Positions 51,468 through 61,393 of a DNA stretch of 64,000 nt are shown in pieces; positions within the stretch are counted from its first letter, which is position 1; each line of letters begins with the position of its first letter. The stretch lies in the sequence record MK562502. One strand, written 5' to 3'. A program made the translations under genes and the position numbers. Below the pieces are notes generated by a model. The model ran no database searches. It saw nothing but the letters and a program-made list of their open reading frames with translations, and had not been told where the DNA came from. The DNA comes from Shigella phage KPS64.

Positions 51468-51843
51468 TCATCTTATCCCTTCTAATAATGATATACTCAT
51501 AATGGGATGTGTGAGCTAATTGTTCAGACCAATCCATTGTCATAAAGACTTCGTATTCGTGTCCCTTAATCATAACAATATCAGCTTCAGTCCAATCAAC
51601 ATCATCAGATGTTCTTAACTCAGCTACAGTGAAAAGGATTCTTGTATCTGTCAGTCTGATACCTTCAGGTAAAACAATCTGTGTACCATTCTTTACAGAA
51701 CCCTTAATATAAGGTTGAATATTACCTTTGCAGTTAATTGATACAACATCCTGTGAAGCTACCCAATCACCATCTTCATTGTAATGACCATCTTCAGATA
51801 CCTTTCTTTTAACTACAAAGCTGTGTCTATTTAAGAGTCTCAT
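51442..51843 (-). CDS. putative head-tail joining protein
   Basis: 133-aa ORF. Confidence 0.3.
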   Translation of the reverse strand: MRLLNRHSFVVKRKVSEDGHYNEDGDWVASQDVVSINCKGNIQPYIKGSVKNGTQIVLPEGIRLTDTRILFTVAELRTSDDVDWTEADIVMIKGHEYEVFMTMDWSEQLAHTSHYEYIIIRRDKMNAVRNSRT

Positions 51844-52322
51844 TTTTTAATACCTTTCTTAGTAGAAATTTTATAAGCAAGGTTATCTCGTAAATCTCCA
51901 GTTTCTACAAGAGGGGCATTGAAGCCTTTCTTTTTAACTGTAGATGGAGCGTTAGGAGGCAATATAGCCGTATTACCAAAACCTCTTTTAATTGCTTTCT
52001 GAGCACTCTTTGCAAATGCTTCTAAAGTATCTGAGGGGTCAGTATTAAGACTGTTTAATTGCTTATAGAGATTCTTCTTAGTCTGCTCTAACAAGGTCTG
52101 TCTGTGTAACATCATAGTAATTTCAAACAACCTACGATATACTTTACCTGAAGCTGCTGGTACACCAATAACTTCATGCAAGTACATTAAAGCAGAGTAA
52201 GAAAAACCAGAGCTATGTTGACCTTGTTCCTGAAAATACCCAACTTGAGCATTAGCCGTATGCAAGTTCTTCATAGCCCCGACTAATTTAGCTCTAGCGG
52301 GGTGAATAACCCTTTTAACCAT
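51840..52322 (-). CDS. putative head-tail joining protein
   Basis: 160-aa ORF. Confidence 0.3.
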   Translation of the reverse strand: MVKRVIHPARAKLVGAMKNLHTANAQVGYFQEQGQHSSGFSYSALMYLHEVIGVPAASGKVYRRLFEITMMLHRQTLLEQTKKNLYKQLNSLNTDPSDTLEAFAKSAQKAIKRGFGNTAILPPNAPSTVKKKGFNAPLVETGDLRDNLAYKISTKKGIKK

Positions 52323-52771
52323 TATTCATCTCGCTCGATAATAAATACACCATTGACACGTTCACAGTAATCTCTACCGTAGTACCTAACAGCATCGCCA
52401 TATTCAGTATATTTCTTGACAGAGCAAGGATTTTGACGACGCATGTCAATATCACACTGGTTAATACCACCCGCATAAGGGAGGCCACTAACAGAGCTTT
52501 TAACTAGGTCGTCATAGACAGCTTTCAGAGATTTGAATCTGGAAGAGTTTCGTAAATAAACACCACCAACTTTCTCATCTCCCATCTTGGCTACTTGAAA
52601 GAGTAAATATTTAAGAGCTTTGATGGCTGCTTTCTTTTCATCCTTTCCAGATTCTTGGTAGAACCACTCTAGCACCGATTGGTCAATGAGGATTTCATTG
52701 TTGTCAGTATCGGTGCAGAGGATTCGAACTCTATCAAGAGGGTTATTAGCGGGGTCGCCTGTATAACACAT
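52322..52771 (-). CDS. putative head-tail connector protein
   Basis: 149-aa ORF. Confidence 0.3.
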   Translation of the reverse strand: MCYTGDPANNPLDRVRILCTDTDNNEILIDQSVLEWFYQESGKDEKKAAIKALKYLLFQVAKMGDEKVGGVYLRNSSRFKSLKAVYDDLVKSSVSGLPYAGGINQCDIDMRRQNPCSVKKYTEYGDAVRYYGRDYCERVNGVFIIERDE

Positions 52772-52793
52772 TTATAACCCTCCTTTCAAGTTA

Positions 52794-53897
52794 TTACTCA
52801 GCGTCTGAACGAACGTCAACAAGCAGTTGAGGACGTGTGCAGTATGGCAGCATGTAAGAGTGGGCTTCGAAGTCAATACCTTCGTCACGGTCTTTCTCAT
52901 ATTCGAACACATACAGTTCCTGACCCAGAGTGTTTGCATAACCCATCTTAGGACATGGAGCGTAAGCAACTTCGAAGATGTTGTTAGCTTCACCCAACAT
53001 TGCTACGTTAGGGAATGCGTGACCTACACCAACATTAGTATCAGATACACCGTCAATGCTAACCAGAGTATGAGTCTTACCACGCTTGTCTTTGAACTTA
53101 CCGTTGTACTGTACGAATACAACACCACCGTAGTAGAAGCGGTTCATGTGAGCCTGAACACCGTCAGTACCACCAGTTCTCAGAGAACCAGTAATCTGTT
53201 GCCAAGCCAGCGGAGTCTGCTGTGCAAGGTATGCGTCACGAATCTTAGGATGCTTGATAAGCTTGCTGAAGAAAGTTCTGTCAACAACGATGTGAATTTC
53301 TTCACCGTTGATTACAGTGCCTGTCTTAGCTTCATCTTCCATGTGCATACGCAGGTCTTCAATGTGCGCATCGATATCAGAGTTCGGGTTGTCCAAGTCG
53401 AAGTAGATAGTCTTCTTAGTTACATCGAACTGCTTGTACAGGTCTGCGTACAGAACACCGTTAGCGTCGATAACTTTACCCTTCAGAGCTTGCATAAACA
53501 AGAACTCACGAGTAATATCAAACTTGGTACGAATCTTCATCAGCTTCTTAGCACGTACAACTGCTTCAGTAGTCAGTTCATTTGCAGTGCCTGGCTGACG
53601 AACACCCTGAATCTCATCAGGAGTGATGCTTTCAACTTCCTTGAAGTACATCATCGGGAAGCTAATCTGACGAACACGCTCAGGAGCGCTAGTCTCAGCT
53701 TTACGGCTGGTACGGTCTACCGCATCCAGTAAGCTGATATCCCAATCAGTCAAGTCCATCAGGAAAGTAGTCTGTGTTTGTGGAGCAGAACGGAACAGTC
53801 CCAGACCAGAGATATATCCGTAAGTATTTGGAATAGACTGGACTTCACCAGTTAAGTCAGCAAGGAAAAATCTGCTTTTTTCAGAATTAGTCAACAT
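52794..53897 (-). CDS. major capsid protein
   Basis: 367-aa ORF directly downstream of the protease and a small decoration-size ORF. Position and size only. Confidence 0.55.
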   Translation of the reverse strand: MLTNSEKSRFFLADLTGEVQSIPNTYGYISGLGLFRSAPQTQTTFLMDLTDWDISLLDAVDRTSRKAETSAPERVRQISFPMMYFKEVESITPDEIQGVRQPGTANELTTEAVVRAKKLMKIRTKFDITREFLFMQALKGKVIDANGVLYADLYKQFDVTKKTIYFDLDNPNSDIDAHIEDLRMHMEDEAKTGTVINGEEIHIVVDRTFFSKLIKHPKIRDAYLAQQTPLAWQQITGSLRTGGTDGVQAHMNRFYYGGVVFVQYNGKFKDKRGKTHTLVSIDGVSDTNVGVGHAFPNVAMLGEANNIFEVAYAPCPKMGYANTLGQELYVFEYEKDRDEGIDFEAHSYMLPYCTRPQLLVDVRSDAE

Positions 53898-53928
53898 TGT
53901 AAAATTCTCCAGAATGTCTTATTATTAA

Positions 53929-54306
53929 TTACAGGCCAGTTGGGACGAAATCAATACCTTTCGCCTTAAGAGCAGACTTGACAGCAGCAGCATCAACGCC
54001 ACTCTCTAGCTTCAGCAAGTCTTTCAGTTCAGCGTCACGGTAGATACCAACGACTTTTAACTGACCATGATAAGACAGTTGCAGGTCTGCATAGAAATTA
54101 ACGATACATACAGAATCTGCCTGAGCTTCTTGACCAGCAGCTACTTTAGAGCCGTCAGCCTTCAGAACTTCACCAACACGGTATTCTGTGCTTGCTACTG
54201 GAGCGTACTCTTTACGAGAGTGACCAGTTGGGGTAATCTGTTCCCAAAGGATAATATCGTTAAGAGGTTCTCTTTCACCTAATTTAGTAAAACCTTGATA
54301 TGCCAT
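53929..54306 (-). CDS. putative head decoration protein
   Basis: 125-aa ORF between protease and capsid genes. Confidence 0.3.
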   Translation of the reverse strand: MAYQGFTKLGEREPLNDIILWEQITPTGHSRKEYAPVASTEYRVGEVLKADGSKVAAGQEAQADSVCIVNFYADLQLSYHGQLKVVGIYRDAELKDLLKLESGVDAAAVKSALKAKGIDFVPTGL

Positions 54307-54318
54307 TATTTGTGTTCC

Positions 54319-55665
54319 TTATTTGATAAGAGTTTTCAAAGCATTCTGGAGAGCCAGTTTGCGTTGGTCAGCGTTAGCATTAGCATTTGCTTCTGGAGCG
54401 GTATCTTTACCGTCATCCACTTCTGCTTCGCCGTCATTGCCAAGTTCTTCCATAGCGTTTGAGTGTTCCAGAACAGCACCAGCAGTTTCTTTCAGCTTAG
54501 TGATTTCAGAATCCTTCTCAGACATGGCAGAAGCGTGGGACGCGATAGTTTCATTAAGTTTCTGGTTAGCACCTTCCATAGCATTCATAAACAGAACACT
54601 TAGAGGGTTGTCAAGACCAGCACCTAAAATAGCTGTTGCAGCTTCTTTTGCATCAAACCCAAAAGCTTCAGCAGATGCAGAAATCTTACCAGTTAAATCT
54701 GTAAGAACTGTTTCCTGTTCCTTAGCTTTCATTTGAGCAACCTGAAGACGCAGAGCTTCTAGTTCTTGCTTTTCTTGTTCAGTCATTTCTTCACCTGAAT
54801 TGTTTGTGTTTAAACTTACAGGAGCTTCTTCAGAACCTTGTAAGTAATTTAAGAAATCATCTTGAGACATGATAGAGTTAATTAAACCAAGTTCAAGAGC
54901 TTCCTGAGCAGAATAAACATTCGCCTCAGTATTCTTTACAGCTTCTTCAGAGATATTACGTGAGTCTGCAACAAAACTAGTAAAAGTCTTGTAAGTGTCA
55001 TCAATTCTCTTTTGAAGTCTATTCTTGCTTTCTTCTGATAATGCTTGGAATGGGGAACCCATACCTTTAAATTCACCAGCTTTAATAACGTTAATAGTTA
55101 CGCCATTCTTTTCAAATGCTTTAGTTAATTCTTGGTGAACCATAATCACACCAATTGAACCAACATCTGCATCTGGTGATGCAATAATTTCTTCAGCGGA
55201 AGATGCAAGAGCATATGCAGCAGAGCAAGCAAACTCATCTACATAAGCAATAATTTTCTTTTGGCCTCTTGAAGCCATGATGTGACGTGCCAACTCAAAA
55301 CAACCTGACGCTTCACCACCACCTGAATCAACGTGCAGCACGATAGTCTTAATAGACTCATCTGCTAGGGCTTCGTCAAAGCCTCTGCGTAAACCTTCAT
55401 AAGAACTTAGTCCACCAGTACACATTGCATCCATGAAGGTCATACGATGTGTTAGGCCACCCATAATAGGGATGATAGCAATGTCTTCTTTAACTTTTAA
55501 AAGACTTCTTGCTTCACCTTTTGGCTTATCGAAGTTTACTGCTGCTTGTACCTCACCTAACAAGCGGTTATTAACATAAGTCGCTGCTGAGTGGGCTAAT
55601 GATTCTGTAGCTAGTAAAGGTTGGTTGAATAATCTGTCAGCAAGTCTGAAGATATTCGAACTCAT
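54319..55665 (-). CDS. prohead protease (S49/ClpP-like) with C-terminal scaffold-like region
   Basis: 448-aa ORF; IVLHVDSGGGEASG and AYVDEFACSAAYALAS resemble S49 peptidase motifs; C-terminal third is helical and Ala/Glu/Lys-rich. Confidence 0.65.
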   Translation of the reverse strand: MSSNIFRLADRLFNQPLLATESLAHSAATYVNNRLLGEVQAAVNFDKPKGEARSLLKVKEDIAIIPIMGGLTHRMTFMDAMCTGGLSSYEGLRRGFDEALADESIKTIVLHVDSGGGEASGCFELARHIMASRGQKKIIAYVDEFACSAAYALASSAEEIIASPDADVGSIGVIMVHQELTKAFEKNGVTINVIKAGEFKGMGSPFQALSEESKNRLQKRIDDTYKTFTSFVADSRNISEEAVKNTEANVYSAQEALELGLINSIMSQDDFLNYLQGSEEAPVSLNTNNSGEEMTEQEKQELEALRLQVAQMKAKEQETVLTDLTGKISASAEAFGFDAKEAATAILGAGLDNPLSVLFMNAMEGANQKLNETIASHASAMSEKDSEITKLKETAGAVLEHSNAMEELGNDGEAEVDDGKDTAPEANANANADQRKLALQNALKTLIK

Positions 55666-55676
55666 TTTTACTCACC

Positions 55677-56009
55677 CTATTTATTTAAGTCAATGGATAC
55701 TGAAGAGATAACATAAATTCCTTCTTCAGCAAAGAACTGAGGGCTACTTAGAGCACCTGTTGCCACGCACTTAGAGTTGTCATCCCATAAACTAAAATGA
55801 GAAACTGTAGCAGAAGCCGGAACAGTAATATTAACTGTGTCTTCTGAGGCAATTAATCCATTATTAGGTTCTGAGAAGAAGATAGCCACTGGCTGAGTAA
55901 CCTTGTTTGCTGTAGGGTCTGCCGTTGGGTCTACATTGTGTAATACAATAGTTGTCGGGGTTAGTGTGGCTAGGATTTTATTCTTACCATCAATCGTTAA
56001 TGTTCCCAT
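55677..56009 (-). CDS. hypothetical protein
   Basis: 110-aa ORF. Confidence 0.35.
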   Translation of the reverse strand: MGTLTIDGKNKILATLTPTTIVLHNVDPTADPTANKVTQPVAIFFSEPNNGLIASEDTVNITVPASATVSHFSLWDDNSKCVATGALSSPQFFAEEGIYVISSVSIDLNK

Positions 56010-56509
56010 TAATTAAACCTTACTTTTTGTTTAAGGATTGTTGAATGGTTACCAGATTCATCTACCACATTTACAATCATATCATAAACTTTACCTTTGA
56101 CAAGTACTTTGTAATCATTTTGTGAAAAAATGTACTCAAGTCTGTTAGACTCTTTATTTACTGTCATTGGAGATTGAAATGCTGTATCAATGGTAATGAA
56201 TGCAGCTTCAACACTATTAACGTTAACACGTTTATTCTCACAGTTATATAACTTTACACCCAAAAGGCATGAACTGTCAAATGGAATTTTAACAATTTCG
56301 TTACAATTGTTTGAAATAAACTGTTTTCCGCTCATTGGAGCATCAAGTAACCTGCAAATAGTGAAAACGTCAGAGGTTCCACCATCACTAACATACCCTG
56401 AAAGGCTGACCCTTGAGCCAGCCTCTACAGTTAATTCATCAGTGATAATTAAGACACCTCTATAAGAATGCACTCGCGTAGCATTGGAAATAGAGATAAC
56501 TTCTGCCAT
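56009..56509 (-). CDS. hypothetical protein
   Basis: 166-aa ORF. Confidence 0.35.
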   Translation of the reverse strand: MAEVISISNATRVHSYRGVLIITDELTVEAGSRVSLSGYVSDGGTSDVFTICRLLDAPMSGKQFISNNCNEIVKIPFDSSCLLGVKLYNCENKRVNVNSVEAAFITIDTAFQSPMTVNKESNRLEYIFSQNDYKVLVKGKVYDMIVNVVDESGNHSTILKQKVRFN

Positions 56510-57975
56510 TATTTGTTTGCCTTATTAGCTGTGCTTGGGTCTCTAGCTGAAGGAGTATTAGCAGTCCCTTCTCCAGCAGTTTGATAACCATCACCAGAAC
56601 GACTTTGAGTGTTTGGAGATAGTTTCTCAGATACTGGTTTAGACTCATCAGCAGGTTCAAGGTCAAGATATTCTCTAAGCTTGTCAGACAATGGCTTATC
56701 AACTTCCAGAGCACCAACTGCAACTGTCTTCTGAATGAATGATGCAATAGCTTCAAGGTCTGGTGTCTCAATATCATCATACACAATTTCTACGTGTTCT
56801 TCATCATCCCACATATTTAGTGCATAAGTCTGAGCAACCAAATCACGGTTAATTACATTCTTCACTTGCTTCAGAAGAATATCAACTGACATTGCCAGTA
56901 AGCTTGTCTTAGAATCTGCCAGAGAGAATGAGCCATACTTTGACTGTCCCATAGCAAGAACATCAGACATAAACGCCATCATAATTTGCTTAGAGTATCT
57001 ATCAATGATAGAACCTGTATCATAAGCTTTAGCACCCTGTCGAGAAACTAATGAGAACTCAAAGATATCTTCTTTAGTTTCTGGGTCGATAAATCTAGGC
57101 CAAATTAAACCTGCTCTGTCATTAGCAATTAAATCATTTACTACTTCTTGGCAGTATTTAACAAAAGCTTTCTTTTCAGGTTCTGCATCTTCACCTAAGT
57201 AATCAGGTGGAAGACCAATCTTTGGCATACCTACTAAGTCTCTGGAAACACCAACTGCTTCAAACTCTTCAATTTGAACTTTGTATTTCCAAGGAACATA
57301 AGCATTAAGTAATGGTGAACGTCCCTCTGGGTTACCGTATTCATCGTCATACTTGAACAATAAGAATTTACTTCTAGGAAGCTTTCTTGTCAATGGTTGT
57401 TCACCAAGATTAATTGCTCCTGCAATATGGGAAACATTACGCAGGTTCTGTCTAACACCAATAACTTTTCTATAGTCAGAGTCAAAGTACCATTTATCTA
57501 ATGTAGTCTGATTACGGATTGGTAATTTAGCCCAACCAATTAAACCATCATTATATTTTGAAGGGTACTTACCTTTCTTACCTTGACGTTTCTTATAAAC
57601 TTTCTCGTTTACACAGAAACCGTAAGTACAGAATGACATTACAGAGTTAATAAAGTCAGCCCAATCGTGCTCCATGTCATTCATTAGTGAGTTAAAGAAA
57701 TTAGCCCTTTCAATCATTTTGGCATCTTTCTCTTTTCCCTTCGGTGGTACGAATCTCCAGTTAACCTTTCTGACAAACATCTTAATAATATTTACAGAGG
57801 CTGCTACTGAAGGGTCTCTCATCATAAGTTGGAAAGTCTTAATACTTTCTGGGAATCTTAAAGCCTGTCTAGGTTCTTCATAGATTCTTCCTGAGCGAAC
57901 TTTAAGGCCAAGACTCCCAACCTCACCCATCCTGAATGGAGGAAGGCTTTCTTGTGTTTCTGTGATATCTGCCAT
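56509..57975 (-). CDS. portal protein
   Basis: 488-aa ORF immediately downstream of the large terminase. Position and size only. Confidence 0.6.
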   Translation of the reverse strand: MADITETQESLPPFRMGEVGSLGLKVRSGRIYEEPRQALRFPESIKTFQLMMRDPSVAASVNIIKMFVRKVNWRFVPPKGKEKDAKMIERANFFNSLMNDMEHDWADFINSVMSFCTYGFCVNEKVYKKRQGKKGKYPSKYNDGLIGWAKLPIRNQTTLDKWYFDSDYRKVIGVRQNLRNVSHIAGAINLGEQPLTRKLPRSKFLLFKYDDEYGNPEGRSPLLNAYVPWKYKVQIEEFEAVGVSRDLVGMPKIGLPPDYLGEDAEPEKKAFVKYCQEVVNDLIANDRAGLIWPRFIDPETKEDIFEFSLVSRQGAKAYDTGSIIDRYSKQIMMAFMSDVLAMGQSKYGSFSLADSKTSLLAMSVDILLKQVKNVINRDLVAQTYALNMWDDEEHVEIVYDDIETPDLEAIASFIQKTVAVGALEVDKPLSDKLREYLDLEPADESKPVSEKLSPNTQSRSGDGYQTAGEGTANTPSARDPSTANKANK

Positions 57976-57987
57976 TCTTTCTACCTA

Positions 57988-59604
57988 TTAGCGTCTTAGC
58001 CCCTGATATGGATTACTCTTCATAATATCTGTATGAGCACCCATTGAAGGTGGCTTGAATAGTTTAACTTCGTTTAGACTGTTGAAAGCATCACTGGTAG
58101 CATCCACTTGGTCATCCTTAGTACGACCATCACCACAAAAACCTTCTAGTTCTTGGAAATATGCTTCATTCCAAGAGCCTCTAACAATTTTGACAAGTCC
58201 TGCCTCAGAAGCAGCAGAGAAACCCGCAAAACGGGTGACTTTATCTTTATTTGTTGGTTTAGCTCTTGCTCGGAAACCTTTCTCAGCAAGTTTTCTAATA
58301 AGGGAGGTTGCGTAGGATTTACCAGCAGCGCCGGGGTCTTGAGGGATAAAAATACCTGTGCGCTTACCATCACCTTCAGCAGTTTGGTTAATTTGTGTTT
58401 CAACTCCAGAAGGTCTATCTCTAAATCTTACTACGTTAATCACATAATAGCAACCATCTTTTTTAGATTTACCCATTTTAACACCTGCTGTCCAGTCAGG
58501 GTTAGGGTTAACCTCAGAAGGTAATGTTGCTGCTAAGTCCCATGCTCTTACGTCAAATACATCTGCTGGAACACTATCAACAATTTCACACCATTGTCTT
58601 TGCCAGTAGTTTGAACCTTCAGCACGAGCTTTCCAGTTACCAAAACGTAAACGTGCAACGTTAACTGGTGTGTTGTTTTCTAATTTACCACGATACTTAG
58701 GTTCAAGGAAGTCTAGAATAGGGTTGTCATCAATTGTACCGGAAATAAAAGTATATGTTTGAGGAATCTCAAGAGGGAACATTTCAAGAATTTTATCTCT
58801 ATCCCAATCAGAAACCATGACACCATCATTCATAACATACCAACGAATCCTACCGCACTTCTCTGGGTCTGGATATCCAGCATCATCTAGGAAAGGTTCT
58901 ACCCAATCATAAATAAAGTGGTCTCTATCTGGGTTCATTGAGATTTTCATATATGAGTCACCTTCAGCACCAGAACGTAAACGTGTCTGAAGATATGAAA
59001 TCTGTGAAGCCGAGAAGTGTGTACCTTCGTCGAAATAAATAGCTGAGTATTCGATACCTTGGTGACCTTCTGAGTGTTTCTCAAGTTCCAAATAAGTAAA
59101 CTTGATAGTTGCTCCAGAAGGGAAAGTAATAGTCATTTTCTGTTCATGTGGAACTCCACCAAACTTACCAAATAACTTCTTAGCCGCAGGCCACAGACCA
59201 CCTTGTAACTGTGTTGTATTTCGACGGAAATAAACAGCGTTATAGTTTGGGTCTTCAATAAACCTTAGTGAGTCCATTAAAAGGGCAGCAGTCTTACCAG
59301 CACCAGCAGCACCACCATATAGTACCAAGTCAGCATTAGTGTTCAAGAATACCTCTTGAGAGCCAGGCTGTGGAGCTACATAGTTCTTGTCAGTCATCAA
59401 TTTAAAGATGAGTCTTACTTGGTCTGGGGTGTATCTTAATAAAGTCAGAATTTGAGTTGGAAGGAATTTAGAGGGGTCTTTACCAAAGGATTTGATAATA
59501 TCTTTTACTTCTTCAGAAAGCCCCAACTCACCTGCTAGGACTTTCCTTACATCTTCCACTCGCTTCTGCTTAATAACATTTAAGTCCATTAAGCACCTCT
59601 GCAA
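57988..59604 (-). CDS. terminase large subunit
   Basis: 538-aa ORF with Walker A (VLYGGAAGAGKTAAL) and C-terminal nuclease-like acidic residues. Confidence 0.85.
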   Translation of the reverse strand: MQRCLMDLNVIKQKRVEDVRKVLAGELGLSEEVKDIIKSFGKDPSKFLPTQILTLLRYTPDQVRLIFKLMTDKNYVAPQPGSQEVFLNTNADLVLYGGAAGAGKTAALLMDSLRFIEDPNYNAVYFRRNTTQLQGGLWPAAKKLFGKFGGVPHEQKMTITFPSGATIKFTYLELEKHSEGHQGIEYSAIYFDEGTHFSASQISYLQTRLRSGAEGDSYMKISMNPDRDHFIYDWVEPFLDDAGYPDPEKCGRIRWYVMNDGVMVSDWDRDKILEMFPLEIPQTYTFISGTIDDNPILDFLEPKYRGKLENNTPVNVARLRFGNWKARAEGSNYWQRQWCEIVDSVPADVFDVRAWDLAATLPSEVNPNPDWTAGVKMGKSKKDGCYYVINVVRFRDRPSGVETQINQTAEGDGKRTGIFIPQDPGAAGKSYATSLIRKLAEKGFRARAKPTNKDKVTRFAGFSAASEAGLVKIVRGSWNEAYFQELEGFCGDGRTKDDQVDATSDAFNSLNEVKLFKPPSMGAHTDIMKSNPYQGLRR

Positions 59605-59610
59605 ATAGAA

Positions 59611-59817
59611 TTATTCAGAAACTTCTTCAGATTCCTGTTTAGGTTCTACACCAAACTTTTCATCTACTAAATTAAGAAGTTTATCCATCGTTGCTTCTTG
59701 TGGGTTAATACCAGTTGCAACAATTAAACGTTCAGCCACAGCCATTACAGTTGCCTGAAGCATCTGAGCCTGTTTCTGAGTTTCATATAGTTCTTTGTAA
59801 ACATTAGTCTCGTTCAT
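59611..59817 (-). CDS. hypothetical small protein upstream of terminase
   Basis: 68-aa acidic ORF; could be a small terminase-associated protein. Confidence 0.35.
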   Translation of the reverse strand: MNETNVYKELYETQKQAQMLQATVMAVAERLIVATGINPQEATMDKLLNLVDEKFGVEPKQESEEVSE

Positions 59818-59845
59818 TGTATTTCTCCAAAATTAAAGTTATAGT

Positions 59846-59869
59846 GATTCTCCTGAAAAAAGACGGTGC
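59846..59869 (-). terminator. rho-independent terminator (minus strand) after the tRNA array
   Basis: Hairpin GACGGT-6nt-ACCGTC followed by TTTTTT on the minus strand. Confidence 0.5.
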
Positions 59870-60036
59870 AGAGACCGTCAAGGAGAAACCACAATGTATG
59901 CCAGAGACATACTGTATAGGTCTTCCTATAAAGTATAACTCTATAAAAAAGCCCTGTCTAAAAATACTCTCCGGTAGCGAAAGGGAGAATACTCATAGCA
60001 GGGCATAATAACTTTGAGAGAGATATTAATATAAAT

Positions 60037-60112
60037 TGGAGTATCGGAAGGGACTCGAACCCTCATAAGCCTGTTTTGCAGACAGGAACATAACCATTTC
60101 TGACACCGACAC
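60037..60112 (-). tRNA. tRNA-Cys (anticodon GCA)
   Basis: Hand-folded cloverleaf; anticodon loop CTGCAAA on a perfect 5-bp stem; T-loop TTCGAGT; 3' CCA encoded. Confidence 0.55.
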
Positions 60113-60118
60113 ATAATT

Positions 60119-60211
60119 TGGAGGAAGATACCAGACTTGAACTGGTACGCCGATTTCTCGGTTACTGGCAGTTTAGCAAACTGCTCCCTTACCTTTTAGG
60201 GTTAATCTTCC
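60119..60211 (-). tRNA. tRNA-Ser (anticodon GCT), type II
   Basis: 93 nt; perfect acceptor stem GGAAGAT/ATCTTCC; anticodon loop TTGCTAA; long variable arm with CCGA-GAAA-TCGG stem; 3' CCA encoded. Confidence 0.65.
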
Positions 60212-60212
60212 A

Positions 60213-60947
60213 TTATTTGTTCAGAGCTTCTTTCATCTCTGGAGTTGCGATAGTATCAATCACACCAGTTTTACATGAATCATCAAACCAGCTTGGTAGA
60301 ACATTCGCAAGGAAACCATTAATATTTGTTTTCAGGTATTCTGCAATCAGTGCTGCTTCATCTGCAATCATCTGAGTTACTTCATTAGCATATGCAGTAA
60401 TCTTTGCAATACCATCATTAATCGCTGTAACGGCCTGTGTAGCGAGTTCAGAGATTGTATCTAGTCCTTGGTCGATTGCATCTTGCAAATCGCTTAGAAC
60501 GCTATTTACAGCGTCTATGGAGGTATTAATCAAATCCATCGCTTTGTTACCGTACTCGGTAGCTACGCCCATGATACCACTAAACGGTGTACATCCAACC
60601 TGTTCACCTGCTGCTCCCATAACGTTAGAGTAACCTTTAGCTACTTGCATACGTTGTGAAAACTCATCTACAGACTTTTGTCCATACTCAGTAAGTGTAC
60701 TTGTCGTTGAAGTTGTACTTCCAAGGCTTGTTGTGAAGCTTCCTAATAAGGCTGTTGTCAGTCCAGCAGCAACTAAAATCTGTTGTGTAGCTGGGTCTGT
60801 TACAGAACTAATCGAGTTAACTAATGATTGAGAGGCAGCTACAGTACCACCAAGAACTGCTGCACCAGTAATAAGAGGGTTTGAGAAACCATTACCAGTT
60901 TTAAGGAGATTAAAAATCTCTTTACTTTGTTCTGTCATCTCTTTCAT
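60213..60947 (-). CDS. hypothetical protein embedded in the tRNA array
   Basis: Track ORF 60213..61010 trimmed to MKEMTEQ, preceded by AGGTG, because the longer ORF runs into the next tRNA. Confidence 0.4.
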   Translation of the reverse strand: MKEMTEQSKEIFNLLKTGNGFSNPLITGAAVLGGTVAASQSLVNSISSVTDPATQQILVAAGLTTALLGSFTTSLGSTTSTTSTLTEYGQKSVDEFSQRMQVAKGYSNVMGAAGEQVGCTPFSGIMGVATEYGNKAMDLINTSIDAVNSVLSDLQDAIDQGLDTISELATQAVTAINDGIAKITAYANEVTQMIADEAALIAEYLKTNINGFLANVLPSWFDDSCKTGVIDTIATPEMKEALNK

Positions 60948-60963
60948 TATGCACCTATAAAGT

Positions 60964-61040
60964 TGGTAGCCCATCGGGATTTGAACCCTGTTCTCATGTT
61001 TTTCAGACACGCGCTTTAACCATATAAGCTAATTGAGCTA
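60964..61040 (-). tRNA. tRNA-like, anticodon GAA (Phe), atypical
   Basis: Good anticodon and D arms and a 7-bp acceptor pairing, but 4-nt acceptor-D spacer, 4-nt variable loop and a 3-bp T-stem. Confidence 0.35.
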
Positions 61041-61046
61041 TTAAAT

Positions 61047-61123
61047 TGGGGTGACCTACGGGAATCGAACCCGTATAGACCATGTTCACAGCATGGGTCA
61101 TTATCCATTTATGATAAGGCCAC
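61047..61123 (-). tRNA. tRNA-His (anticodon GTG)
   Basis: Anticodon loop CTGTGAA; perfect D and T stems; discriminator C; CCA encoded. Confidence 0.65.
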
Positions 61124-61154
61124 ATTTAAGGACTCTCGTAAGAACCCTTAGAAG

Positions 61155-61230
61155 TGGCAGCAGTATAAGGATTTGAACCTTAATCTTTCAGCTTCAGAGG
61201 CTGGAGCATTGCCAGTTATGCTATACTGCT
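61155..61230 (-). tRNA. tRNA-Gln (anticodon CTG)
   Basis: Perfect acceptor, D and T stems; anticodon loop CTCTGAA; CCA encoded. Confidence 0.6.
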
Positions 61231-61236
61231 AATATT

Positions 61237-61315
61237 TGGTACTCCATATCGGATTCGAACCGATACATAACACAGATTTTAAATCTGGCCTCTCTGCCAA
61301 TTGGAGTAATGGAGC
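61237..61315 (-). tRNA. tRNA with anticodon TAA (Leu by anticodon), class-I-like
   Basis: Perfect T arm; anticodon loop TTTAAAA; 7-nt variable region rather than a long arm, so isotype is uncertain. Confidence 0.45.
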
Positions 61316-61317
61316 AT

Positions 61318-61393
61318 TGGCGGGGGATGATGGAGTTGAACCATCTTCTTCGATTTCAAAGACCGAGGTTTTAACCGTGTAAACTAATCCCCT
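61318..61393 (-). tRNA. tRNA-Gln (anticodon TTG)
   Basis: Perfect D and T stems; anticodon loop CTTTGAA; A1-C72 mismatch; CCA encoded. Confidence 0.55.

Noticed and set aside
52827-53732. 301-aa plus-strand ORF
   Set aside because: Lies entirely antisense within the major capsid gene; Cys/Val/Leu-rich low-complexity translation typical of a non-coding frame.
54323-54736. 137-aa plus-strand ORF
   Set aside because: Antisense to the prohead protease gene; Ser/Ala-rich mirror-frame artefact.
60213-61010. Full-length 265-aa form of the tRNA-array ORF with GTG start
   Set aside because: The first 21 codons overlap the tRNA-like element at 60964-61040; an internal ATG with AGGTG RBS gives a non-overlapping 244-aa product.
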